DNA of 64,000 bases, from NCBI GenBank assembly GCA_012416205.1, contig GCA_012416205.1_3033.2; one strand, given 5' to 3'. A model generated the notes under the pieces. That model had not been told where the DNA came from. It saw nothing but the letters and a program-made list of their open reading frames with translations, and ran no database searches. Of the stretch, positions 10,281 to 21,246 are shown piece after piece. This DNA is from a phage. Positions within the stretch are counted from its first letter, which is position 1. Every line of letters begins with the position of its first letter. Both the position numbers and the translations under genes were made by a program.

Positions 10281-10292
10281 GGGCTTCGGCCC
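10281..10292 (+). terminator. Short hairpin GGGC-TTCG-GCCC after uvsW
   Basis: 4-bp GC stem with TTCG loop followed by TTT; weak. Confidence 0.35.
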
Positions 10293-10305
10293 TTTGGAGA
10301 AAAAG

Positions 10306-10536
10306 ATGTTACTAGAATTTAAACAATTTCTTTATGAAGCTTCTATTGATGAATTTATGGGTAAAATTGCCTCTTGTCAAACATTAGAAGGTCTAGAAGA
10401 ACTTGAAGCTTATTACAAGAAAAGAGTTAAAGAAACTGAATTAAAAGATACTGATGACATCTCTGTGAGAGATGCTTTGGCAGGAAAAAGAGCTGAATTA
10501 GAAGATTCAGACGATGAAGTAGAAGAAAGCTTTTAA
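10306..10536 (+). CDS. uvsW.1: Small acidic protein UvsW.1
   Basis: ORF from the first ATG (the track's 10294 start is a TTG); acidic C-terminus; position matches T4 uvsW.1. Confidence 0.6.
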   Translation: MLLEFKQFLYEASIDEFMGKIASCQTLEGLEELEAYYKKRVKETELKDTDDISVRDALAGKRAELEDSDDEVEESF

Positions 10537-10591
10537 ATTAAAAAAGGCCCAACCAAAAAGGAAGGGCCAAAACTATAGACTAAAGGTCACA

Positions 10592-10759
10592 CTATAGCAA
10601 AAGTTGTGTTTCATTTAATTGTTCTTCCGAACTTTCTGAAACTGGTAGTTCTTTAATGTAATTATAGCAAGGCCCAGGATGTACAGGACCTTTGTCTGTT
10701 TCAACAACCAATGCAGAATCGATTGGAGTTTTACAGACAACACAAATCTTATCTGACAT
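10592..10759 (-). CDS. 55-aa CxxC-containing small protein (not in the supplied ORF track)
   Basis: Own translation: MSDKICVVCKTPIDSALVVETDKGPVHPGPCYNYIKELPVSESSEEQLNETQLLL; GAGGAG Shine-Dalgarno 6 nt upstream of ATG; Cys6/Cys9/Cys31. Confidence 0.45.
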   Translation of the reverse strand: MSDKICVVCKTPIDSALVVETDKGPVHPGPCYNYIKELPVSESSEEQLNETQLLL

Positions 10760-10787
10760 GATTGTCTCCTCTAAATTATATATCTAT

Positions 10788-11012
10788 TTATATAACTCTC
10801 ATATGCATATCAATGCCCATATCTTTAGAATAAAAATATTCATCAAGATATCCGGCAAATTTTCCTTTAATATAAAGTACATCTTCACCGCATGGATGGT
10901 CGGCCAGGATACGAATATCCTGACGCTTGAGATTATACTTTTTCATTAAGAATTGAATTTCCGTTTCAAATTCTTCTTCATAATTAAAAGCATCATCAAT
11001 GCTATATCTCAT
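10788..11012 (-). CDS. Hypothetical protein (uvsY.-1/-2 region)
   Basis: 74 aa ORF directly downstream of uvsY on the same strand. Confidence 0.55.
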   Translation of the reverse strand: MRYSIDDAFNYEEEFETEIQFLMKKYNLKRQDIRILADHPCGEDVLYIKGKFAGYLDEYFYSKDMGIDMHMRVI

Positions 11013-11425
11013 TATTTTCCAGCCTCAAATGCCCGCATGTCTTGAATATGCTTAATAGCAAATCCACGTGATTTGATAGCATCAAGAGCTCCGCTACAGA
11101 AATCTAATAAAATTCCCCAATATTGTAATGAAGTATCAACCTTTAAAACATCCTTATCAGCTGATAGAACTGTCTTCATTTCTGATTTCTCGTAACGATC
11201 CATACTAAATTCATCACCATCTCCTCGTCCCGAGTAGTAGTCTAATTTAGCTTTAAGAGCAACTTTTTTCTGTGCATCAATTCTAAGCATTTCCTTTTTA
11301 ATACTTGAATGCTTATTAAGCCATTTACTATATAACATCACATTATTAGCTGCTTCATACTGTAATTTAGTCGAATCTATAAACACATCTTTCTTCAATT
11401 CTTCTTGAAGATCTTCTAATCTCAT
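11012..11425 (-). CDS. uvsY: Recombination mediator UvsY
   Basis: 137 aa, T4 UvsY length; located upstream of baseplate gene 25 as in T4. Confidence 0.9.
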   Translation of the reverse strand: MRLEDLQEELKKDVFIDSTKLQYEAANNVMLYSKWLNKHSSIKKEMLRIDAQKKVALKAKLDYYSGRGDGDEFSMDRYEKSEMKTVLSADKDVLKVDTSLQYWGILLDFCSGALDAIKSRGFAIKHIQDMRAFEAGK

Positions 11426-11491
11426 ATTGTTCTCTATTCAATTGTTATTGGATGGACTTAGATTCATTATACCACGTTTATACGTGAAGCA

Positions 11492-11890
11492 TTATACTCT
11501 ATTACTGGAAGCCAGTTGTAGTTTTATCTGCTCAATATCATCAGGGTTATCGATGACTGAAAAGCGTATTTCTACTATCAAAGTATAATCATCATAAACC
11601 GGTATTACATTAACTGCTAATTTATCAATACGTGGCTCATAGTTTCTTACTGCGCTTTCGATATTACGCTCAACCGTGTCAGCAGTAAGAGGAGTCATAT
11701 TCTCAAAAAGTTGGTCAGATAAATCACATCCAAATTCAGGGTCAAACGGTCTTGAACCTTTTCTTGTTGTAATAATTCCTAAAAGACTATTTTTAATTGA
11801 CCTTAATCCAAGTGATCTTGAAACGTCTTTGTTCCAATCCATTTTCATCTCTGGGTCAATATCAGAATAAAGCTTATTAATATTTGCCAT
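11492..11890 (-). CDS. 25: Baseplate wedge protein gp25
   Basis: 132 aa (T4 gp25 length); between uvsY and gene 26. Confidence 0.9.
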   Translation of the reverse strand: MANINKLYSDIDPEMKMDWNKDVSRSLGLRSIKNSLLGIITTRKGSRPFDPEFGCDLSDQLFENMTPLTADTVERNIESAVRNYEPRIDKLAVNVIPVYDDYTLIVEIRFSVIDNPDDIEQIKLQLASSNRV

Positions 11891-12516
11891 TACAATAGCT
11901 CAAAGAATTCTTTGAGTCCTCTTATTACATGAGCGTGAGTTTTTCCACACTCTGGACACTTAATTGGAACAGCCAAATAAACGGTAGGCTTTAAAAGCAT
12001 ATCTTTTATAGCTACAATATCTGACTCTGTGATGATAGAATATAAATCTTCCAGTTCTTTTTCATTTAAGTCTTCAACTGGAATGCTTTCCCCGTTAGCA
12101 TGAATCGTTTCTATACATGATACTATCATGTGGGCTATATTTTTATCATCAAAAATTTTAGGGTAATGGAATTTAATTTTAATGTCACCCAGTGTATACC
12201 AGAGGTCTTCTGGTGCATCTATTTGTGTATGTAATAGATTTATATGGGTTGGTATTTCAGTTCCACAGGTGCACTTCCAGGAGTTTTCGTGATTAACTTC
12301 ACCAAGAGAATGTGCCCATAAATGAATCAACAATAGTTCTGATTCTTGGCGGTTTAAATCTTTTGCATTTGTGCAGTCTTTGATTAGCTTTTTAACAATT
12401 ACTTCTACGGAACCATTATTTTTGGCAGTAATAAGTTCTAGATATTCTTTAAGCGTGAATGCGCGACAATTGATTATTTTAGAACCAACTCTCACATTAA
12501 ATTTGTATTCATACAT
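11890..12516 (-). CDS. 26: Baseplate hub protein gp26
   Basis: 208 aa ORF, position as in T4, divergent from gene 51. Confidence 0.85.
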   Translation of the reverse strand: MYEYKFNVRVGSKIINCRAFTLKEYLELITAKNNGSVEVIVKKLIKDCTNAKDLNRQESELLLIHLWAHSLGEVNHENSWKCTCGTEIPTHINLLHTQIDAPEDLWYTLGDIKIKFHYPKIFDDKNIAHMIVSCIETIHANGESIPVEDLNEKELEDLYSIITESDIVAIKDMLLKPTVYLAVPIKCPECGKTHAHVIRGLKEFFELL

Positions 12517-12537
12517 ATTTAGCTCCTTTATTTATCA

Positions 12538-12549
12538 TATTTATAAATA
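12538..12549. promoter_or_regulatory. Overlapping divergent late promoters (palindromic TATTTATAAATA) for genes 26 and 51
   Basis: TATAAATA on the plus strand at 12542-12549 and on the minus strand at 12538-12545, sharing a TATA core. Confidence 0.55.
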
Positions 12550-12566
12550 GAATAAAAGGAGCATCT

Positions 12567-13316
12567 ATGGCAAACATTATTCGTTGTAAATTACCAGATG
12601 GTGTTCATCGTTTTAAACCATTTACGGTAGAAGATTATCGAGATTTTTTGTTAGTTCGAAACGATATAGAACATCGGTCACCACAAGAACAAAAAGAAAT
12701 AATTGCTGATTTAATTGCCGATTATTTTGGAGACTATCCGAAGACTTGGCAACCATTTATATTTTTGCAGGTATTTGTAGGGTCAATAGGTAAAACTAAA
12801 GTACCGGTCACATTTGTATGTCCAAAATGTAAAAAAGAAAAGACAGTTCCATTTGAAATATATCAAAAAGAATTAAAGGAACCTGTTTTTGATGTAGCTA
12901 ATGTTAAAATTAAATTAAAGTTTCCTTCTGAGTTTTATGAAAATAAAGCAAAGATGATTACTGAAAATATTCATTCTGTTCAAGTAGATGAAATATGGTA
13001 TGATTGGAAGGAAATTAGCGAGTCCAGTCAAATAGAACTAGTTGATGCCATCGAGATAGAAACATTAGAAAAAATTCTCGATGCAATGAATCCTATTAAT
13101 TTAACTCTACATATGTCATGCTGTAATAAGTACATTAAAAAATACACTGATATAGTAGATGTGTTTAAGCTATTAGTTAACCCAGATGAAATATTTACTT
13201 TTTATCAAATTAATCACACACTCGTAAAAAGTAATTATAGCTTAAATTCAATAATGAAAATGATTCCTGCCGAGCGCGGATTCGTATTAAAACTGATTGA
13301 GAAGGATAAACAATAA
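12567..13316 (+). CDS. 51: Baseplate hub assembly protein gp51
   Basis: 249 aa; Cys-rich (CPKCKK); T4 gp51 position and length. Confidence 0.85.
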   Translation: MANIIRCKLPDGVHRFKPFTVEDYRDFLLVRNDIEHRSPQEQKEIIADLIADYFGDYPKTWQPFIFLQVFVGSIGKTKVPVTFVCPKCKKEKTVPFEIYQKELKEPVFDVANVKIKLKFPSEFYENKAKMITENIHSVQVDEIWYDWKEISESSQIELVDAIEIETLEKILDAMNPINLTLHMSCCNKYIKKYTDIVDVFKLLVNPDEIFTFYQINHTLVKSNYSLNSIMKMIPAERGFVLKLIEKDKQ

Positions 13317-14491
13317 TGAGTATGTTGCAACGCCCCGGATATCCAAATCTCAGCGTTAAATTATTTGATAGCTACGACGCTTGGAGTAATAATAGATTTG
13401 TTGAATTAGCTGCTACTATTACCACATTAACTATGCGGGATTCTCTTTATGGACGAAATGAAGGAATGCTGCAGTTTTATGATTCTAAAAATATCCACAC
13501 AAAAATGGATGGAAATGAAATAATTCAAATTTCTGTAGCTAATGCAAACGATATTAATAATGTTAAAACACGAATTTATGGATGCAAGCATTTTTCCGTG
13601 TCAGTAGATTCAAAAGGTGATAACATCATTGCTATTGAATTGGGAACTATTCATTCTATAGAAAATCTTAAATTTGGTAGACCATTTTTCCCTGATGCAG
13701 GTGAATCTATAAAAGAAATGCTTGGTGTCATTTATCAGGATCGCACATTATTAACTCCAGCAATAAATGCTATAAATGCTTATGTTCCTGATATTCCATG
13801 GACTAGCACATTTGAAAACTATTTGTCATATGTAAGAGAAGTTGCTCTAGCTGTAGGAAGCGACAAATTTGTATTTGTATGGCAAGACATCATGGGAGTT
13901 AACATGATGGACTATGATATGATGATAAATCAAGAACCATATCCAATGATTGTCGGCGAGCCATCTTTAATAGGTCAATTCATCCAAGAATTAAAATATC
14001 CATTAGCATATGATTTCGTTTGGTTGACTAAATCGAATCCTCACAAACGTGACCCAATGAAAAATGCTACTATCTATGCGCATTCATTTTTAGATTCTTC
14101 ATTGCCAATGATTACTACGGGAAAGGGCGAAAACTCTATTGTAGTGTCAAGGTCAGGTGCTTATTCTGAAATGACTTATAGGAATGGCTATGAAGAAGCT
14201 ATTCGTCTTCAAACTATGGCGCAATACGATGGCTATGCTAAATGTTCTACTGTCGGTAATTTTAACTTGACTCCTGGCGTTAAAATTATTTTTAATGATA
14301 GTAAAAACCAATTTAAAACAGAATTTTACGTTGATGAAGTCATCCATGAATTATCCAATAATAATTCAGTAACTCATCTATATATGTTCACTAATGCAAC
14401 GAAACTGGAAACAATAGACCCAGTTAAGGTTAAAAATGAATTTAAATCTGATACTACCACTGAAGAAAGTAGTTCTTCCAATAAGCAATAA
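13316..14491 (+). CDS. 27: Baseplate hub protein gp27
   Basis: 391 aa, T4 gp27 length and position. Confidence 0.9.
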   Translation: MSMLQRPGYPNLSVKLFDSYDAWSNNRFVELAATITTLTMRDSLYGRNEGMLQFYDSKNIHTKMDGNEIIQISVANANDINNVKTRIYGCKHFSVSVDSKGDNIIAIELGTIHSIENLKFGRPFFPDAGESIKEMLGVIYQDRTLLTPAINAINAYVPDIPWTSTFENYLSYVREVALAVGSDKFVFVWQDIMGVNMMDYDMMINQEPYPMIVGEPSLIGQFIQELKYPLAYDFVWLTKSNPHKRDPMKNATIYAHSFLDSSLPMITTGKGENSIVVSRSGAYSEMTYRNGYEEAIRLQTMAQYDGYAKCSTVGNFNLTPGVKIIFNDSKNQFKTEFYVDEVIHELSNNNSVTHLYMFTNATKLETIDPVKVKNEFKSDTTTEESSSSNKQ

Positions 14492-14969
14492 AGAAGTTTC
14501 TATTCCTAAAATGGGTCTTAAACACTATAACATTTTAAAAGATGTTAAAGGTCCTGATGAAAATTTAAAACTTCTTATTGATTCTATTTGTCCGAATTTA
14601 TCACCGGCAGAAGTTGATTTCGTTTCTATTCATCTATTGGAATTTAATGGAAAGATTAAATCTCGTAAAGAAATAGATGGTTATACTTATGACATTAATG
14701 ATGTTTATGTATGCCAAAGATTGGAATTTCAATACCAAGGAAATACATTTTATTTTAGACCTCCTGGAAAATTTGAACAATTTTTAACGGTGAGCGATAT
14801 GTTATCTAAATGCTTGCTTAAGGTCAATGATGAAGTTAAAGAAATTAATTTTCTTGAGATGCCAGCATTCGTTTTAAAATGGGCAAATGATATTTTTACA
14901 ACTTTAGCAATTCCTGGCCCTAATGGTCCAATAACCGGAATTGGCAATATTATTGGATTATTTGAATGA
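14436..14969 (+). CDS. 28: Baseplate hub distal subunit gp28
   Basis: 177 aa, overlaps gp27 3' end as in T4. Confidence 0.85.
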   Translation: MNLNLILPLKKVVLPISNKEVSIPKMGLKHYNILKDVKGPDENLKLLIDSICPNLSPAEVDFVSIHLLEFNGKIKSRKEIDGYTYDINDVYVCQRLEFQYQGNTFYFRPPGKFEQFLTVSDMLSKCLLKVNDEVKEINFLEMPAFVLKWANDIFTTLAIPGPNGPITGIGNIIGLFE

Positions 14970-16738
14970 AAAAGCCACAAGAAATGCAAACGATGCGTAG
15001 AAAAGTTATTTCAGATAATAAACCAACACAGGAAGCGGCTAAATCCGCTTCCAACACTTTATCTGGACTTAACGATATATCTACGAAATTGGATGATGCT
15101 CAAGCTGCCTCTGAATTAATAGCTCAAACTGTCGAAGAAAAATCGAATGAAATAATTGGAGCAATTGATAACGTAGAAAGCGCAGTGAGTGATACTACTG
15201 CCGGTTCTGAGTTAATTGCTGAAACTGTCGAAATTGGCAACAATATTAATAAAGAAATTGGTGAATCACTCGGAAGCAAATTAGATAAATTAACGAGTTT
15301 ATTAGAACAAAAAATTCAGACAGCTGGAATTCAACAAACAGGAACCAGTTTAGCCACGGTTGAAAGCGCTATTCCTGTTAAAGTTGTTGAGGATGATACA
15401 GCTGAATCTGTGGGTCCTTTATTACCGGCCCCTGAAGCAGTTAATAATGATCCTGACGCTGATTTTTTCCCTACCCCTCAGCCAGTTGAACCCAAACAAG
15501 AATCGCCAGAAGAAAAACAGAAAAAAGAAGCATTTAACTTAAAATTATCTCAAGCTTTAGATAAATTAACGAAGACTGTTGATTTCGGATTTAAAAAATC
15601 CATTTCAATTACTGATAAAATATCAAGCATGTTATTTAAGTACACCATCAGTGCTGCTATTGAAGCTGCTAAAATGACTGCAATGATATTGGCTGTTGTT
15701 GTTGGAATAGACCTGTTGATGGTTCATTTTAAATACTGGTCAGATAAATTTTCAAAAGCCTGGGATTTATTTAATACTGACTTTACTAAATTCTCTAGCG
15801 AAACCGGAACATGGGGTCCTTTATTACAGAGCATCTTTGATTCTATTGATAAAATTAAACAACTTTGGGAAGCGGGAGATTGGGGTGGATTGACGGTAGC
15901 TATTGTAGAAGGGCTTGGAAAGGTTCTTTATAATTTAGGAGAACTTATTCAGCTTGGAATGGCTAAATTATCTGCTGCAATTCTTCGAGTCATTCCTGGC
16001 ATGAAGGATACCGCTGATGAAGTAGAAGGAAGAGCACTAGAAAATTTCCAAAATTCTACTGGAGCATCTCTCAATAAAGAAGACCAGGAAAAAGTTGCAA
16101 ATTATCAAGATAAACGAATGAACGGAGACCTTGGTCCGATAGCAAAAGGATTAGATAAAATTGCTAATTGGAAAACTCGTGCATCTAACTGGATTCGTGG
16201 CGTTGATAATAAAGAAGCACTAACTACCGACGAAGAACGCGCAGCAGAAGAAGAAAAATTAAAGCAACTTTCACCAGAAGAAAGAAAAAATGCTTTAATG
16301 AAGGCTAATGAAGCTCGGGCCGCGATGATTCGTTTTGAAAAATATGCTGATTCAGCTGATATGAGTAAAGACTCAACGGTTAAATCAGTTGAAGCTGCCT
16401 ATGAAGACCTTAAAAAACGGATGGATGACCCGGATTTAAATAATTCACCGGCAGTTAAAAAAGAACTTGCTGCTAGATTTTCTAAAATTGATGCTACTTA
16501 TCAAGAGCTCAAGAAAAATCAGCCTAATGCCAAACCTGAAACTTCTGCTAAATCGCCAGAAGCAAAACAAGTCCAGGTAATAGAAAAGAACAAAGCACAG
16601 CAAGCTCCTGTTCAACAAGCATCTCCTTCAATCAACAATACTAATAATGTTATTAAGAAAAATACTGTCGTTCATAATATGACACCTGTCACAAGCACAA
16701 CTGCTCCTGGTGTATTTGATGCGACTGGGGTTAATTAA
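14966..16738 (+). CDS. 29: Tail tube initiator / tape measure protein gp29
   Basis: 590 aa (T4 gp29 length), coiled-coil-rich. Confidence 0.9.
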   Translation: MKKPQEMQTMRRKVISDNKPTQEAAKSASNTLSGLNDISTKLDDAQAASELIAQTVEEKSNEIIGAIDNVESAVSDTTAGSELIAETVEIGNNINKEIGESLGSKLDKLTSLLEQKIQTAGIQQTGTSLATVESAIPVKVVEDDTAESVGPLLPAPEAVNNDPDADFFPTPQPVEPKQESPEEKQKKEAFNLKLSQALDKLTKTVDFGFKKSISITDKISSMLFKYTISAAIEAAKMTAMILAVVVGIDLLMVHFKYWSDKFSKAWDLFNTDFTKFSSETGTWGPLLQSIFDSIDKIKQLWEAGDWGGLTVAIVEGLGKVLYNLGELIQLGMAKLSAAILRVIPGMKDTADEVEGRALENFQNSTGASLNKEDQEKVANYQDKRMNGDLGPIAKGLDKIANWKTRASNWIRGVDNKEALTTDEERAAEEEKLKQLSPEERKNALMKANEARAAMIRFEKYADSADMSKDSTVKSVEAAYEDLKKRMDDPDLNNSPAVKKELAARFSKIDATYQELKKNQPNAKPETSAKSPEAKQVQVIEKNKAQQAPVQQASPSINNTNNVIKKNTVVHNMTPVTSTTAPGVFDATGVN

Positions 16739-16746
16739 GGAATAAT

Positions 16747-17841
16747 ATGGCAATTGTTAAAGAAATAACTGCTGATTTAATTAAAAAGTCCGGTGAGAAA
16801 ATTTCAGCCGGACAGAGTACTAAATCAGAAGTAGGAACTAAAACATACACAGCCCAGTTTCCAACTGGGCGTGCTAGTGGTAATGACACTACAGGGGACT
16901 TCCAGGTAACAGATCTATATAAGAATGGATTATTATTTACTGCATACAATATGTCATCTAGGGATTCTGGAAGTCTTAGATCGATGAGATCTAACTACTC
17001 TTCTTCATCTTCGAGTATTTTACGTACAGCCAGAAACACTATCAGTAATACAGTATCAAAACTGTCAAATGGATTAATATCAGATAATAATTCAGGAACA
17101 ATAAGTAAAGCCCCTGTTGCAAATATTCTTTTACCAAGATCTAAATCCGATGTTGATACATCATCACATAGATTTAATGATGTTCAAGAAAGTCTTATCA
17201 GCAGAGGCGGAGGTACTGCTACTGGTGTGCTAAGTAATATTGCTTCAACTGCAGTATTTGGAGCACTGGAAAGTATAACACAAGGTATAATGGCTGATAA
17301 TAATGAACAAATATACACTACGGCTCGAAGTATGTATGGTGGTGCTGAAAATAGAACTAAAGTGTTTACTTGGGATTTGACTCCACGTTCAACAGAAGAT
17401 TTAATGGCTATTATTAATATCTATCAATATTTTAACTATTTTTCTTATGGTGAAACTGGTAAATCTCAATATGCTGCTGAAATAAAGGGGTATTTAGATG
17501 ATTGGTATCGTTCTACGTTAATTGAACCTTTATCTCCGGAAGACGCAGCTAAAAATAAAACACTATTTGAGAAAATGACATCGAGTTTAACTAACGTTCT
17601 AGTAGTTTCAAACCCGACAATTTGGATGGTGAAAAACTTTGGTGCAACATCTAAGTTTGATGGAAAAACGGAAATATTTGGCCCATGCCAAATACAAAGC
17701 ATCAGATTTGATAAAACACCTAATGGTAACTTTAACGGATTAGCTATTGCTCCAAACCTCCCTAGTACATTTACTCTTGAGATTACTATGAGAGAAATTA
17801 TCACGTTAAACCGTGCTTCTTTATATGCGGGGACTTTTTAA
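16747..17841 (+). CDS. 48: Baseplate tail-tube junction protein gp48
   Basis: 364 aa, T4 gp48 length and position. Confidence 0.9.
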   Translation: MAIVKEITADLIKKSGEKISAGQSTKSEVGTKTYTAQFPTGRASGNDTTGDFQVTDLYKNGLLFTAYNMSSRDSGSLRSMRSNYSSSSSSILRTARNTISNTVSKLSNGLISDNNSGTISKAPVANILLPRSKSDVDTSSHRFNDVQESLISRGGGTATGVLSNIASTAVFGALESITQGIMADNNEQIYTTARSMYGGAENRTKVFTWDLTPRSTEDLMAIINIYQYFNYFSYGETGKSQYAAEIKGYLDDWYRSTLIEPLSPEDAAKNKTLFEKMTSSLTNVLVVSNPTIWMVKNFGATSKFDGKTEIFGPCQIQSIRFDKTPNGNFNGLAIAPNLPSTFTLEITMREIITLNRASLYAGTF

Positions 17842-18806
17842 TGTATTCTTTAGAGGAATTTAATAATCAAGCAATAAACGCAGATTTCCAACGTAATAAT
17901 ATGTTTAGCTGCGTTTTTGCGACAACTCCATCAACTAAAAGCTCTTCGTTGATAAGTTCAATTAGCAACTTTTCTTATAATAACTTGGGCCTAAATTCAG
18001 ATTGGTTAGGATTGACTCAAGGTGATATTAATCAGGGAATTACCACGCTAATTACTGCTGGCACACAAAAACTGATAAGAAAATCAGGGGTTAGTAAATA
18101 TCTTATTGGTGCCATGAGTCAACGTACAGTTCAAAGTTTATTAGGCTCATTTACAGTTGGTACATATTTAATTGACTTCTTTAACATGGCATATAACTCA
18201 TCTGGATTGATGATATATTCTGTAAAAATGCCAGAGAATAGATTATCCTATGAAACTGACTGGAACTACAATTCTCCTAATATTCGCATAACCGGGAGAG
18301 AATTAGACCCTTTGGTTATTTCATTTAGAATGGATTCAGAAGCTTGTAACTATCGTGCAATGCAAGACTGGGTTAACTCCGTTCAAGACCCAGTAACTGG
18401 ATTACGCGCTTTACCGCAAGATGTCGAGGCAGATATTCAGGTTAATCTTCATTCTCGTAATGGATTGCCTCATACTGCGGTGATGTTCACCGGATGCATT
18501 CCAGTGTCAGTGAGCGCTCCTGAGTTATCATATGATGGAGATAACCAAATAACTACATTTGATGTTACTTTTGCGTATAGAGTGATGCAGGCTGGAGCAG
18601 TTGATAGGCAAGCTGCGCTTGAATGGCTTGAATCTGCTGCTATAAATGGTATTCAAAGCGTTCTCGGAAATAGTGGAGGTGTTACTGGACTATCTAATTC
18701 GCTTTCACGACTCAGTAGATTAGGGGGAACTGCAGGAAGCATTTCAAACATTAATACTATGACAGGAATTGTCAATTCGCAAAGTAAAATATTAGGAGCA
18801 ATATAA
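17841..18806 (+). CDS. 54: Baseplate tail-tube junction protein gp54
   Basis: 321 aa, T4 gp54 length and position. Confidence 0.9.
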   Translation: MYSLEEFNNQAINADFQRNNMFSCVFATTPSTKSSSLISSISNFSYNNLGLNSDWLGLTQGDINQGITTLITAGTQKLIRKSGVSKYLIGAMSQRTVQSLLGSFTVGTYLIDFFNMAYNSSGLMIYSVKMPENRLSYETDWNYNSPNIRITGRELDPLVISFRMDSEACNYRAMQDWVNSVQDPVTGLRALPQDVEADIQVNLHSRNGLPHTAVMFTGCIPVSVSAPELSYDGDNQITTFDVTFAYRVMQAGAVDRQAALEWLESAAINGIQSVLGNSGGVTGLSNSLSRLSRLGGTAGSISNINTMTGIVNSQSKILGAI

Positions 18807-18810
18807 CAAT

Positions 18811-18828
18811 GGGGACCGAAAGGTCCCC
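18811..18828. terminator. Bidirectional hairpin GGGGACC-GAAA-GGTCCCC between 54 and alt.-3
   Basis: Perfect 7-bp stem with GAAA loop and flanking T-runs, between convergent stops. Confidence 0.55.
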
Positions 18829-18834
18829 ATATTT

Positions 18835-19125
18835 TTATTTACGGAATGAAATAAAAGCAGCAACTGAAGCAACTAAACTGTCTTCAATATAAACCTCAAT
18901 TTTTACCGGAGCTTCTGACTCAAATTTACCTGTTACTACACCTTGGAAAATACTTTCAGTCTGTTCTGGCTTTGAAAAATTTTCAGAAGGAAAAATTCCG
19001 AACTTTTTATCTGTTCCAAAAATTTTGATAAATTCATCGTAAACTGCTTCATTAAAAGCATTATCAGCAGGAATAACGCCTTCAACTACAAGTTCTTGAC
19101 CTAAAAAGCGCAAAGAAGATTTCAT
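18835..19125 (-). CDS. Hypothetical protein (T4 alt.-3 position)
   Basis: 96 aa ORF between gene 54 and the Alt paralogs. Confidence 0.6.
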   Translation of the reverse strand: MKSSLRFLGQELVVEGVIPADNAFNEAVYDEFIKIFGTDKKFGIFPSENFSKPEQTESIFQGVVTGKFESEAPVKIEVYIEDSLVASVAAFISFRK

Positions 19126-19133
19126 TTTGTGTT

Positions 19134-19186
19134 CCTCATGTTATGTCAGTAAGACTACTATAACACAACACGAGGGACTTGTAAAC
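19134..19186 (-). promoter_or_regulatory. Early-promoter-like GTTTAC(18)TATAGT element embedded in a 9-bp inverted repeat that includes the RBS (copy 1)
   Basis: 53-bp block repeated with one mismatch at 34953-35005; arms CCTC(G/A)TGTT and AACATGAGG flank the -10 element; 3' arm contains the GAGG Shine-Dalgarno. Confidence 0.5.
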
Positions 19187-21243
19187 TACATTTTGAACTT
19201 TTTAGACATTCCGTTGATGTTAACCAAAGAAGCCAAGATTTGAGAAACTTCGTTTTCCTCTTCTTTTGATTCTTCTACAAGGAATTGATTAAATCCAGCC
19301 ATTGGACGAACTTCACCAGTTTCCATTAGATGGTCGCCATCATATACCGATTCCTCTAATTGTTCAGAAGGAGGAACGATTGTACCTTCTATTAGATACT
19401 TGTTATAAGCAGTTTCTTTCATAAAGTACGTGCTCACTTTATTAATCTTCAGTAAAATTCCACGCGGTAGAATAACTTCAGCTTCTGATGGAAATCCTGA
19501 TAAATGACCTGGAACGATAACTTTGATTCGCTCAGCTCCTTTAATTACCATACCCACGCTAGTTTCAGCATCTTCATTAGCATATGTAGAATGACTACCC
19601 ATATGCATCAAATCTTCTGCATCAACGGAACCTTCTCCTTCGCCAGAAAATACTGCGCCGGAATCATCTAGAGCCATATAGTTTTTACCATGCTCACCGA
19701 AGATATTTGGTTTAAGCGATGTGGATACGAAGTTCTTGAAATAGAACATTTTATTTTCAATGTTATGACGCAAAGTTTTAAAGGTAACTTCTTGTCCACG
19801 GTAAAGTGTAGTTCCTGGAGGAAGAACTGAACCTTTAGCGAATGCAGAATCAAGCGTCTCAATATGTTTAATAGCTCGTTCCATATATTCTTCACGGGTA
19901 GAATCTGGTTTACCCAAAAGGAACGAGTTCATTTCAACATATGAATCTGCACAATAATCTTCAATTACATCAGACTCAGCCTGAGTTAATCCTTTTGGAG
20001 TTACTTCAGTACTTGCATATTCATATGCCTGAGCGGCAGATTCATTAATCAATTTATAAATGCCATTCATGACAAATTGAATAATAGCTGTCTTTTCATC
20101 TGGTGTAGCTTTAGAACCTTTAACTAAATCATTGATAATTTTCTTAATAACATCAAAGCTATTAGAAATATTAATGTCAGCAAGATCGCTTAAAATTTTA
20201 TCAGTTTTATAATCAAAGAATTCTTTATTCTTTAAATATTCTTGAGAACCTTGATATGTTATATCGCTCTGCAGCTTGATAGATGGATCGCGTAAACGTG
20301 CATGGGCCAATGCAATATGATTTCGGAAGTTTTCTAGTTCATAATCGTTAGATTTAAAACGAGAAGCACTTCTCATACCACCGATAGCTCCTTTGCTAAA
20401 GTTTGAACCAATCTGAATAACGCCAGAGTTCATCGGACCTTCTGCTTTATATACCGGAACTTTAGATTCAAACTCTTGATATTTCTTAGCAGCGAAGCTA
20501 TCACCCTGAAGTGAAGCATCGACAGTAGAATATTGAGCTTGTGCTGCTAATCGACGACTAATTTTAGTTTTCTGAATAACAGCTTGATCCGTGCGCTTAT
20601 CATTTTCTAAGGCAATAGAAGCAGCAACAGCAACAGCTTTAGGAACAGCATTACCTGTTTTAACATCCACATAAACATCACCAACCTTTGATTCAACTTT
20701 TGTGAATAACTCAGTTGAAATAGGAGGTACACCTGGAATGTCTTCTAAATTGGCATTTTTACGGTAAACCATAATATATGCATACTTTTTATCATAATCC
20801 CAGATTTCCTTTAAAAGAACATATCGACCTGCTCCTTTAGTACGTACTAAACGGTCAGCAATAACTTGCATTTGACGAGCTGCGCCATTTGTTTTACTTT
20901 TTAGTACGCGGAATAAGCATGCATCAATTTTATACTGTTTCATTGTTTGAAGAGCAGTATCAAAAACGGCATTAATGACACCAATTGGATTTCCACCTAA
21001 GTTTTTAAGTTTAACTAATGATAGTTTCTCATTGACACCTATCATTACGATATGCATCATTTTATCGCCTGGCTTAACGTTTTTATTCGTATCACCGCCA
21101 GAGGTGTATGTACAAAATCTAAATCCAGGAAGCACGCTTTCTTCACCGGCTTGAATAGCAAAAATTTGAGGTATTTTATGCTTAGGATTTAAGTTAACAA
21201 CCGGCGCCGAAGCGCCGTCAAATAATTCTGTAATAAGTTCCAT
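19186..21243 (-). CDS. Alt-like ADP-ribosyltransferase paralogue (T4 alt.-2 position)
   Basis: 685 aa; N-terminal ~220 aa and C-terminal domain (YRGQ, FVSTSL, EAEVILPRG: R-S-E ART motifs) parallel the adjacent alt product. Confidence 0.85.
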   Translation of the reverse strand: MELITELFDGASAPVVNLNPKHKIPQIFAIQAGEESVLPGFRFCTYTSGGDTNKNVKPGDKMMHIVMIGVNEKLSLVKLKNLGGNPIGVINAVFDTALQTMKQYKIDACLFRVLKSKTNGAARQMQVIADRLVRTKGAGRYVLLKEIWDYDKKYAYIMVYRKNANLEDIPGVPPISTELFTKVESKVGDVYVDVKTGNAVPKAVAVAASIALENDKRTDQAVIQKTKISRRLAAQAQYSTVDASLQGDSFAAKKYQEFESKVPVYKAEGPMNSGVIQIGSNFSKGAIGGMRSASRFKSNDYELENFRNHIALAHARLRDPSIKLQSDITYQGSQEYLKNKEFFDYKTDKILSDLADINISNSFDVIKKIINDLVKGSKATPDEKTAIIQFVMNGIYKLINESAAQAYEYASTEVTPKGLTQAESDVIEDYCADSYVEMNSFLLGKPDSTREEYMERAIKHIETLDSAFAKGSVLPPGTTLYRGQEVTFKTLRHNIENKMFYFKNFVSTSLKPNIFGEHGKNYMALDDSGAVFSGEGEGSVDAEDLMHMGSHSTYANEDAETSVGMVIKGAERIKVIVPGHLSGFPSEAEVILPRGILLKINKVSTYFMKETAYNKYLIEGTIVPPSEQLEESVYDGDHLMETGEVRPMAGFNQFLVEESKEEENEVSQILASLVNINGMSKKFKM

Positions 21244-21246
21244 GAT

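Noticed and set aside
10294-10305. Start of uvsW.1 at 10294 as listed in the track
   Set aside because: Position 10294 is a TTG inside the uvsW terminator hairpin region; the first ATG at 10306 is the more plausible start.
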